Assembly (NCBI GenBank): GCA_973895155.1
Contig: OZ316898.1
Location: 16,785,420-16,849,419, forward strand
Reading direction: 5' to 3'
Length of the DNA stretch: 64,000 nucleotides
Source of the DNA: Marsupella aquatica
Lineage: Eukaryota; Plantae; Marchantiophyta
Positions 53,288-64,000 of this stretch are shown piece by piece. The translations under genes were made by a program, and so were the position numbers. Position 1 is the first letter of the stretch. Each line of letters starts with the position of its first letter. Below the pieces are notes generated by a model. The model worked only from the letters and a program-made list of their open reading frames with translations. It did no database searches and had not been told where the DNA came from.

Positions 53288-54500
53288 TACGTGTGAGATA
53301 CAATCCTAACCATACATTAAATGTGAGAACCATTGAGAGCATTTTTAGTTTCATTTTTTACACGTGTGAGATACAATCGTAGCCATTGAAATGTGAGAAC
53401 CATCGAGAGCATTTTTTAGTTTCATTTTTCAATTTTTTCTTGGTGTGTGAGATGCAATCCTAGCCATTTAAATGAGAGAACCATAGAGAGCATTTTTAGT
53501 TTCATTTTTTACTATGTGTGAGATACAATGCTAGCCATTCACATGTGAGAGAACTATTGAGAGCTTCACTTTAGAGGGCCATCATTTGAAAGTGAGAACA
53601 TTAGAGACGTTGCCTTTACAGGACTTGGGCACAAGTTTTTCAATAAGTGAACTACAATCCTAGCTATTCAAATGTGAGAAAATGGAGACCTTTATTTTAC
53701 AAAACAAGCGGCACTATTTTTTCTACGAGTGAAATACAATCCTGGCCATTCAATTGTGAGAACCATGATCACTACCTTTGCTTTTACAGGACTTGGGCAC
53801 AATTTTTTCTATGGATGCCATAGAATCCTAGCCATTCAGCTCTGAGAACCATCGAGACCTTCACTTCACAGGACTTGGGCCCAATTTTTTCTATGTGTGA
53901 GCTACAATATTAGTCATTCAAATAGGAGAACAATCAAGGCCTTCACTCTGCAAGGCTTGGGCACACTATGTCCAACCTACCATACAATCCTAGCCATTTA
54001 AATGTGAGGATGATGGAGACCTTCACTTCACAGGACTTGGGCACAATTGTTTCTATGTGTACCATACAATCCTAGCCATTCAAATATGTGAATGATGGAG
54101 ACCTTCACTTCACACGACTTGGGCACAACTTTTTCTAAGTGTGAGATACAATCCAAGCCATTTGAATGTGAGAGCAATCTAGACCTTCCCTCTATAGGAC
54201 TTGGGCACATTTTTTTCTACATGTGATCTACAATAATAGCTGTTTAAATGTGAGAACAGTGAGATCTTCACTTTACAGGAGTTGGGCACACTATTTCCTA
54301 TGTGTGCCACACAATCCTAGCCATTCAAATGTCAGAATAATGGAGACCTTCACTTTACAGGGCTTGGGGCACAATCAGGCAAACACATTATCTATCTTAG
54401 TCACCAACTTGTTCACTTTGCAGGAACTTGGGCACAATCACACAAAACCATCATATATCTTAGTCACCAACTTGGCCCACAATCAGGCAAAACCATTATC
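53288..54500. repeat. Satellite-like array of about 14 diverged units of about 75-82 bp
   Basis: Consensus approximately TGTGTGAGATACAATCCTAGCCATTCAAATGTGAGAACCATCGAGACCTTCACTTTACAGGACTTGGGCACAATTTTTTCTA. Confidence 0.9.
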
Positions 54501-55280
54501 TATCTTAATAAGTCACCTGAGAGTGGGGCCCCCTTTCATTCAGGCTTGCATTTACTATGGCTCTAACATACATTCTGGTTCAGGCATTTCAACTCTAGAG
54601 GGGTCACTACAGTGCAATAGACATTGAACTGACCCCCCTTTGCTTTGAATGTAAAGACACTCAGTCCCACATAGGTGTTAGATCAACCATTCCTGCCAGT
54701 TTCATTCAACTGATAAGAGAGTGATTCCCAAATTTCTTCAGTGTAAAGTCTTTTGTGTGGAGAGGGCTTTGGTGAAACCCCCTTTTGGATGGTGGTTTGG
54801 GTCCCACTGTAGATGCTGCCCATCTATCCATTTCCATTGAAGAGACCTCCAATTATTGTAAGTCTCAAGTTTTGTGTGTGCAAAGTGCTTTGGTGAACCC
54901 CAATGTGGGATGGAGGTTTGTGCAAAAGTGGTAACTTGAACTTGCAATCAAGACTTATGGCTGGGCTATGATTGTTGTGATTCCTAATGTAGAGCAACTT
55001 TGCACTTATGTGGATCCGAGAAAATAGGTCAAGCAAAGTAGGTAGCTTTCCAATAAATGTGAAGGAATACATCAATATGTCTTCACCTTTTGTTTGCAAT
55101 GGGAAGCGTGCTTTAACATGTAGCATTGAAATTGGCGGGCCTCATGGGGCAGCAACAAATGAGGCATACAGCAAATATGAGAAAGTGATGATAGGGTTTT
55201 CCTTTGCCCAAGTATTTGGCTGGTTCATGATGTGGTATGTTTCTTGCAACTACAACAAAGCCTTTCATGGTGGGTATATG

Positions 55281-55460
55281 GAGGTATTTGCTTGATCGAC
55301 CCCCAAAATGAAACTTGTTGCTTGATCGACCCCCTGAGGTCTATCAATGGTCCAGATCTGAGATCGAAAGGTCCATCAACGGTCCAGATTGGGGAAAAGT
55401 ATCGAGGGGATTGATTAAGCAAACTTTTTTCCAGAAGGGGGTCTACTAAGCATCTCTCTC
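55281..55460. mobile_element. 180-bp Mutator-type MITE
   Basis: Perfect 9-bp TSD GGGTATATG at 55272-55280 and 55461-55469. Termini are GAG...CTC. Inverted repeats TGCTTGATCGACCCCC / GGGGGTCTACTAAGCA. Confidence 0.82.
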
Positions 55461-55809
55461 GGGTATATGTTGTAACTTCCTATGATGATTTAAATAAGGA
55501 ACAAGGAAGCAAAGAATGAGGAAAGAGAGGATGAGGATATCAAGGCTCCCATAGAGTACAACATGGATAACTCCTTTTCTTTGTATATATGCTCATGTTT
55601 TTGGTGTTTGAAAGTGTGTGATCCTTGAGGTCAAACCTTGTGGTCCATCTAAGCAACAACTTCCATGATGACAACGGCCATGAATAAAAAAGACAAGAGT
55701 ACAAGGGCCACCAGAAGAAAGGGGAGCACAAGAAGAGGACTGCTAAATTGTTATTGAACTCAGCCCAAAGAAACTTTAGCATGAGAGATGAGTTGAAGTA
55801 GAGAATGCC

Positions 55810-58800
55810 CTAGTTTTTTTTGTGGTTTTTTTGTTTTATTTTTATGAATGGGACAACGCCCGGGGAACTTTATTCATCGGGGCCAAAAACAACTCCCCCC
55901 GGACAAGGGGGTGGGAGAAAAAGAAAGAATCAATTAAGGGGCTAAGAGCAGCAGCACACCTAGAGAGGAAACAATGTACCATCTGACAGATCGCCTAAAG
56001 GGAAGGAGCCAAGGAGGCGAAACAAATGGGACGAGAAACTCCATATCCAAAACGCCCTGGCTTCTGTTTAATAGGTGGAGGTGAATGGAAGAGTGCCTTG
56101 GCCTTCTTCCATGAGTGGGACTTTGGCACAAGCCATTTATGACAGAACATCCAGTAGGGCATTGGAAATTGGTTTAGCGTTTTTCCAATAAAATTATCAT
56201 TTTGGGGGAACAAGTTTAGATTCCCTCACTTGTGTCCAGCCAACTTCTTTGCCTAGAAGTTTCTACCGTTTATTGTCTGAACAAAGTCTTTAAAACAGAC
56301 AGAAGTAAAGCATTTGGGAGCAAAAATCGTAAATGTGTATCCAGGAGTAGGGTAGTTGAGGGTAGGGCATTTTTGCAGTATCAGATTAGGAAGGATATAA
56401 TTATGTTTTGTGCATGACCAACCTCAAGTCATTAGGGTTTGTACTTATTTGGTACATCCAATTCTAGTAAGGTTTTTCAGTAGGGTTGGGGTAACCAAAA
56501 AACCCCAGTGCCAGACAATCCAATAGCCTTAAAGTGAAGGGTTGAATATGATCTTTTGCACTATAGTTATTGGCTTCAAACAACATCCATTTCTGCCTGA
56601 AATTGGATAGCCTTGAACCACCACTGGCCATACACGAGGGGGAGTGCCCTCTTTTTCCACATTCCACTCCCTCTACGTTCCCAAGTCTCCTCCATGATTT
56701 CAGGAAAAACACTATTAATGGTGAAACCTGGTGGATAGAGGTTCGACTATGGAGAGTGACCATCTGAAGTGAATGGGCTGGACATAATCTTCAAATGCAC
56801 TTTCACTTACTGAGGTCAATCAACATCCAATTCCAGTGAAGCTTTTTGGGATGGGTTGAACTTCCAATTCTAGTAAGAATTTTATTTTATTTTTGCCTTG
56901 AAAAATCATTTTGAATTCCATAAAAAAACAGCATACAAAGAGGGGCCACAAGGGCAACACCAGGGTGGACCACAAAGGTCGGGAGTGCCAAAAAAACAAA
57001 CCAGTGGGGCCGGCACCAGGAAAGAAACTGGCCCCTCCAAAGGGAGGCAGCTAAATAAGACATTTAACTACTTCAGCAGGAGAAGCACACTCCATATATA
57101 GCATGCTCATCCTGGAACATGCTTTATTTTTTGTGTTGTAGTGATCTGAAAGTAAATAAAATATGAGAGCATAGAAGTGCTGTTATATAAGGAAAGTGTC
57201 TGCCAAGAAAAGCAAAGTGACCAAGAAAAGGTACAGTCAAACCATGCTACGATGTGTGCACTTAACTCAGGGTGCCTTATGAATGACACTCATTTCAATA
57301 AAAACCATAAACCTAGGAAAGAAAAACACGAGGAGAACTTAAGAGGCTATGAATTCATGTTCTTCAGCATCATTTCTCTCACTCGTGGTGGTGGAGCCTT
57401 TGGTTTCATCTCTAAGAAAACACATACTGTGAAAGGGGGCTGCCAAAATAAGTTTAGAATACCTAAAACTATAAAGGGGTCTAAAAATTAATTAAAAATG
57501 TATAGAATACAAAGGCTGCCCCTTGATAAGGCAGATTGAAATGAAAATACATGACACAAAAATCTGAATAAGACAAAATCTGAAATGTGCATTCACCATA
57601 TAGCAGCTTCACATGGCTATCCATAAAACTGGCCAGTGCTCAGGTCTCAGCAAGATTCCATTCAGTGGGTCCTTGTGATAGGCTTACATATCTATCGGTC
57701 AGTCTGCAGTGAAGAATCAAGTCCTGTGAAACTAAAAGGGAATTCATGGCGGATGGGGTGGGACAGGTGGGACTTGAAGAATTATAGTAAGTGTTGGCCT
57801 AACCAAAAACCCAATGCCTGAAAATTTGGATAGCCTAAAGTGAATGGGATGGATATGATCTTTTTGTTTGTTGCATAAAAAAAACTCATTGAAATTCATC
57901 CAAAAAGCCAGCATACAACAAGGGTGGCCCACAATAGGGGGTCGGCACCCTGGGGGGACCAAAGGTCGCAGAGTCAAAGGAACAGGAGAGGCCGGCACCA
58001 GGAGAGGAGCAGGCCCAGCATCCTAGGAGCCAAACAAGACATTTAACTACTGCAGAAAGGGTTACACAGCCCCAAAGACCGGCCAGTGGAGAGGTGCCGG
58101 TGGGGCACCTAACAATGGGTCCGTGTAAAGCAGAAACAATATCGATCTAGCCTGCAGTGTAGCTCCACTCCTGAAACACACACTAAATCATGGAGGGCGA
58201 GGGGGCACCGGGGGTACTTGTAGTATATCCGCATGGATTTCCCACAGCCCCACCCAAGATCTGTAGTTGAAAGTCATGTAAGAGATGGTATCACCGAAAG
58301 AGGTTTTACCGGCCCGAATCTTAAATTGTTGTTTGGCCCAGTCTTGTCTGATTTAAATCCCCAGGCGGAGCCAGGATTCCGGATGATCTCTTTGTCACAA
58401 GATCAAGCATGCTCAATGAAGTGTGTACTCCTGTCTTTCCAAATGATCCATGAGCCATTGGCCCGGAGGGTATGCCAAAGTTTCAGGGGTGCATCCGGGA
58501 TGGGGGTGCCCACCATGATGTGGGCTGGCTGAAGATGGATGGCTGTGCTCCACGTGGGGGAAGAACAATACAGGATGAATTGTGCCTATTGCCATACGGA
58601 GGACCAAATGGGGCAGCTCCAGATACAGTGCACAATATACTCCTGTTAGTTACGATTACATCGTGTGCACCAGGTGAGTGGGATATGATCTTTAGCACTT
58701 TAGTTACTGGGTTCAAGCAACATCCAATTCTGCTTGAAAACCCTATAGCCTTAAAGTGGAATGGGTGGATATCATCTTCTGCACTTTAAGTACTGGGTTA

Positions 58801-58850
58801 AATCAATATCCAATTCTAGTAAGGTTTTTTCGCAAGGGTTGGACATGCTC
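55810..58850 (-). mobile_element. Cluster of truncated LINE 3' ends inserted into an older dispersed repeat
   Basis: Two related copies at about 56930-57076 and 57910-58054 share GCATACAA...CAAAGGTCG...GGCCGGCACCAGGA...AAGACATTTAACTACT.CAG. Host repeat pieces (ATCCAATTCTAGTAAGGTTTTT, ATATGATCTTT...CAACATCCA.TTCTGC) recur at about 56456-56615, 57820 and 58681-58840. Confidence 0.5.
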
Positions 58851-61800
58851 GTACAAATCGATGGTGAATGGAGAGTCCCTTCGTTTCGAACGTCCGAGCC
58901 GAATGTAGCGTTTCAATGGCATGTTCAATTATTAATGTTCGCATGTTCCAATGTGGCGGGGTGGGAGGTTGAGGCTCTGCTTTCAACACAATTACACAAA
59001 CCTGGAGTACGATGTGGCCATAAATGAAGGCGTTGATTAAAGCCAGGTAGGGTCATGAATAGGCCAGGTTACCAGCCACCCATAGAGCCATGTGAAACTT
59101 ACAGCACAGCGAAAGATATGGTACAACAGGAGCAGAGCAGAGCAGTCGTAAGTGAGGCGAGCAGGGGATGATGAGATTCAGGGAGGGGGGAGAAGAACAG
59201 AAGCGAGCAGAGGAGAGCAGAGGATTTAATAAGTAATGCATCTCGAGAGGTCGGCTGCCATTCTTCCCCGAACACCAGAACCGTGTCAAAATTGACAGTG
59301 CCATTGCCGGAGCATTCAATTTGTCAGTGCACCACTCCACCAATCGGCTTCAAGACTTAGTGTCCACAGCAGAGGCACTAGTGACTTCAAAATTTTAGGT
59401 GGCTGCATATTAGAAAGCAAGTGTCCACTGCAGTGGTACTATCGAGTTCCCACAGTTTAGGTGGCTGCATGTTAGAAAGTTGCTGGTTAGATTACAGTTA
59501 CTTTTCGTTCGTGCTAGGACCTCTGTATGACTGTATGGTGTGTTAAATTTGATGGTTACTCTTTATGAAAGACAAAATAAGCTTTGTAGTTGCACCCATT
59601 AAGTCCCTCACAATACCTGCATCTTTTCACTATATTGAAGCCGGTAATAACTGCAACAACCGTCTAGGTCTCAATTCCCATCACTCTTTTTGATGAGGGT
59701 AAAGCAGCGAATGGCACTGAAAAGGCAGAGGAGGTAGCTCTCACAACAAGATTCCTTGGAAATGTTGACGTTCTAACAAAACCCCATGCACAATCATGTA
59801 ACGACGACAAATGTGTGCATCCGCCCATCGACCTGACCAGGTCGTGACAAGGGGGAAGCTACAGGAGAGACGTTTAGAAAACAAGTAAATAAGAAAAGCT
59901 GCCAACTGAGGCCTGAATCATGGCGCATTGCCTAGCATAGTAGCATAGGACTGTCTTGCCATTACCGTTTTGTAGACTTGTAGTGTAGAGCAGATAGATA
60001 TCTTGATTGATCAGTTGATTGCTACGCTAATGGCCTTTTGGTACGTTCAGTAGAGATGTAGATCTATCAGACAAGGTCCCCAAGACATGGAGACCAGCTG
60101 CATTTTGGAGTTCCAACGCGGTCGTGATTGATGAGGATCGATGATAGAGCTTGCCATCGGTGGTCTGCGCTCTGCCTTCCGTTCATCTTTTCGGTGGCGA
60201 AGCAGATTCTACGCATTTCTGACAAGTTCGCTCTGTTGTGCTGCGCTTCGCTGTTCAACGTCTGCCTTTCCGTCTCATCAGTAATTACTACCTTTTTCTC
60301 GTCAGCACACCACTGAGCGACCGACACACGCAGAATTTTCTGGAGGAGAGTGGGGTAGTGGACAAAGATCTCTCCAGCTCTACTGGCCTGCTGCTACAGT
60401 ACTGCAGCAAATAATCACGGGCCAAAGGGCCCACTACGACATGAGGAAAAACATTGACATGAACGATCGATCTGCAGGAATTACATGGGTGTCCGAGCCA
60501 GACTACATTCGTGGACCCAACAATGATAGAAGTAGGCTCGTATGTACTCGACAACAGTCCGTGGAATCAGGAAAGAACGAATTTGGTACCAGATTGAAAT
60601 ATGCACAGGAATCATGCAGCGGAAAGGCTTGAGTAAGTTAAACGGTGTCGAGAAAGGGTTGCTGCGCACATCCGTCGGTTGTATGCAACAATCATTGTGA
60701 TTTTCGCCTCAAAATCCAAGTAGTAGTACATTCAGGTGAACAGCTTACAAGCTGCCTAGACAATGTCCTGAACAATCATTGAAATTGCCTTGAAACCGCT
60801 AGACAAGAGTACCTCACAATTCTTTGCATGTGACTCGCATCGTAGCTTTCGTACTTGTCTACAATCTTTGTTCCTTCAGGCACAGCAAAATACATACGCT
60901 AGTACTTTCTGTTCTTTGATTCTTAGAAAATTCCAAACTCTCTTGGTACAATTCTTCGAGTCTCCAACGTGTTATGGCTGGAAGCTATGGCGAGAAAGGA
61001 CACATTGGTTACCTGGCTCCTTGCCAGCTGCCCGAGTTTTCGCTGTTGTCTACAGTCGCTATATGATGAGATTTCCACAGGTTAACAGGTGCACCACCTG
61101 AATGAGACAAAAGGAGTTACTCACAGACTGCAGCTCGGCAGTACCGAAGGCCCTGAAAGGATTCGAGACCATAGGGCTTAGCCAGGTAGCCATAAATCAA
61201 ATCACAGTAGCGTCGCGTGTCTAGCTTTTCAGGCGAATGGAATGAGTTTGATGAAAGTCAATGTCCTCCATAACTCCACTACACTCGCATTGCCTTCGTT
61301 GAATTTTGTAAACGTTGGAGAGGATACATTTATCTCTCGACTGGTCCCTGAGAAGGCTGGCTAGAACATAGAATAGCATGAGAATATGCGACAGATTCCA
61401 TTGACGAATTTGCTTGCTGGCCTGACAAACTCGTGATTTTCTCTGGTTCATTATTATGACAGTCGTGACCCAAAAGATATATCATCGATAGAAATGATAG
61501 ACTAATGGCAAGGGTTAGAGATATACAATTCGCCACCTTTGGGAAAGATGTCAGCCTGTCAGGTTCGTCCCAGCCTCCTGCCGAGCCCTGGACCTACGTA
61601 GACCACCGTCTCCCGTATCTCAGTAGTTCGATGCATCTCGATCGCGTTTTTGTTTACTGAGTCAAAGAGACCTGGAATTCCGGGCCTGCCACCAATTGTG
61701 CACTTTGTAAATATGCCACCCTACGATGCGTGCATGCATGCAATTTCCCCACAGTAGAAGTTTCCAATGGGGTTCCCTTTGTGGCAGGGATTTATCGGCC

Positions 61801-64000
61801 AGCCAGCCAGCCCAAGTCAGTCAGGAGCTGTCGGGAGTAGTCTTGTGTAGGGTGGCATTGCAGTTGAATGTAGCACCGTCTGCAATTTACCCCGAACAAC
61901 ACATGTGAGGAATCATTGTTCCACTCCGAAAGACGAGCACCCAGGTGCACCCAGCTGTCCTGTCCCACGAGCAGGGTACCTTCTCGTAGGTGATGCTACA
62001 GACTCATCAGCCGCACTGCCAAACACTACGTTCGCCATTCGTTCGACATTACTGTGCCCTTCCTGTCCAGTAGGCCAATTCGGTCAGGTAATTGCCTCCC
62101 CTTGAGTCCTCCTCGCTCAAGCCTGCCACACAAATATTTCGCAAATACACTGTGCCAATTCTGGACGATCTTTCCTGGAATGTCATGCGGAATTCACTTA
62201 TTGGGGATTCATTTCGGAAACTGCACATTGAAAACGGGCGCCTAGATGTGTATTTAGAATAATACTCAACAATTTAAAAATAAATGGATTTAGTATAGTA
62301 CAAAATGACATAGTCGATATATTTTCACATTGTGGTGTCCAGTCATTAGAACTCGAGTTCATTGTGTTGAGTTATTGAATGTTATAGTAATGAGAATATG
62401 AAATTTGTATCTTTTCATATTTCTCAATGCCATTCAGATTGCATGGATACACATAAGTCCGAATTTTGATAACATTACTCCTCCCAACAAACATAACACA
62501 CTGGTAGCAGTGCTCATTGCAAAAAATGAGATCTCAAGTCTTGGACAGGCACTCTGGCACCATCTAAGAGTGAGGTTGTACTAAATGAATTCCCAACTGG
62601 CTATCTGACTTGGTGTCATCCCAAGTCATCCCAATTTGCGTAGGACCTGGAGCCAATGGGTTATACTAAATCACTAAATGAGTTGAGAAGGTACGATCTA
62701 CCTAAACTAGTGCCATCCTAATTTGCACAACAGTTGGAGCCAGGGGTTCACATGTTTTCCAGGAACCATTGACCAGAACTAGTGTCCTCCAAGTGTGCAT
62801 AGGACTGGTGCAAACATGGAGTAACTCATTCTCCTGTCTACATTTTAAAAACATAATTTAAAAACACATTTTAAAAACAATATATACTTTAAAGAGTCAG
62901 TGTTGACATGAGGATCGTACAATACTTTAAAGATTTACAATCCTTTGGGGTCTTGACGAGGAGCCCCAAATAAGTTATTAGTGGGGCCCAACATTTTAAT
63001 ATTACTTAGTAATTGGGCGAGACGGCATGGCACCAGTGTACTAACAATCCCTGCCACCAAAAACTGGATACCTTCCGGCCCAACTGGGAACTGTCTCCCG
63101 GTTGCTCTTTGGCATTGTGATATTCATACTGTGATTTGGGATCATTTCACTAGTTGACATTATTAGGTCCACTCGGTAAGTAATTCCAAAGTGTAGGGAA
63201 AATTGCATTGGGGTTGGCAATTTGGATGAAATTTACAATGGATGTTCATAGGCCAGAAAGAAGTAGAATTACATTGGAGAGTAAAGATCCATATAATTCC
63301 AAGCGGCAGAGAAACATGATTGAATGTAAGGCAACGGTCCAGATATCTTGACGAAACCTTGCCCTCACTTATGAACAATAAGGGGTTCTTGTCTGATGTC
63401 AGCGGTCAGTTCTATATGCCCTATTGAGGGGTCTAAACTATAGACTCTTATTAAGGTTCTAGACTCTTGCTGGAAAACCTAGTTAATTAGAACGCTTTGG
63501 GTCTTACTTTTAGATGCTCCTAGCTTGCCCTTTGCCATTTAGGTGATCAAAGATTTAGGTGATCAAAGACTGGTGTCCAGTTTTTCCAGCTTTAGTCTGT
63601 TGTGTACAAAAGGTTTTGTTGAACCTCGTTTTGGGATGGGGGTTTAGTGCAAAAGCTGATGAATCTTCAACTTGGTGAACCTTAATTGCCCCAATGAAGG
63701 CTGCTACCCTTGGGCTATCCTTCCCAGGACTACTATTGTCACTCAAACTCTGCACTTAATATATGGATCTACGCACTCTAGGTGGCAATTCTGAAGACAC
63801 ACACCCTCATGTTTCACCTTATGCACAATGGGTAGCACATGCTAACAAGAAACTCAATGGACAACTATAAACGACTCATCCAAAATATGATGTCGAGGTT
63901 TTCTACAACAAACTAGGCACACAAAAGTCATCACTCTTCCAGTGAACCTCTCAATCTTTGCTGCTCTTTCAAATATATATCACAATATATATCACAGTGC

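Noticed and set aside
53288-54500. CRISPR array
   Set aside because: The whole unit is repeated with no unique spacers, there are no cas genes, and the context is eukaryotic.
61975-62010. Hammerhead core CTGATGAG on the minus strand (also at about 60275)
   Set aside because: No correctly placed stem II followed by GAAA, and no stem III.
250-63755. Most short ORFs in the six-frame track (e.g. 10720-11034, 31272-31739, 49172-49630, 54223-54627)
   Set aside because: They are antisense or alternative-frame shadows of real exons, translations of repeats, or TE debris, often with non-ATG starts.

Overview
Eukaryotic genomic DNA from a land plant. Gene content and style suggest a non-seed plant such as a bryophyte or lycophyte, but this is inference only. 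Six host genes can be reconstructed: SEC16/MAG5-like (13 coding exons, two GC-AG introns), a small G-patch protein, a TruA/Pus1-family pseudouridine synthase with a likely transit peptide, a DOG1-domain protein, PEX11A-type peroxin and UBL5/HUB1. They are separated by transposon-rich intergenic blocks. The most notable accessory element is an apparently full-length but decayed RLE-type non-LTR retrotransposon (CRE-like, 28019-32582) with a 9-bp target-site duplication; its 5'-terminal 14-mer recurs at about 21032. Other points of interest are a tandemly duplicated last acceptor exon in TruA whose first copy is frameshifted (possible poison acceptor), a four-copy ~73-bp repeat with box-C motifs, a degenerate hammerhead-like motif in a LINE 3' region, an ~81-bp satellite-like array upstream of UBL5, a 180-bp Mutator-type MITE, and nested L1 and PIF/Harbinger remnants. 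All gene models and alignments were made by eye, with no database searches.
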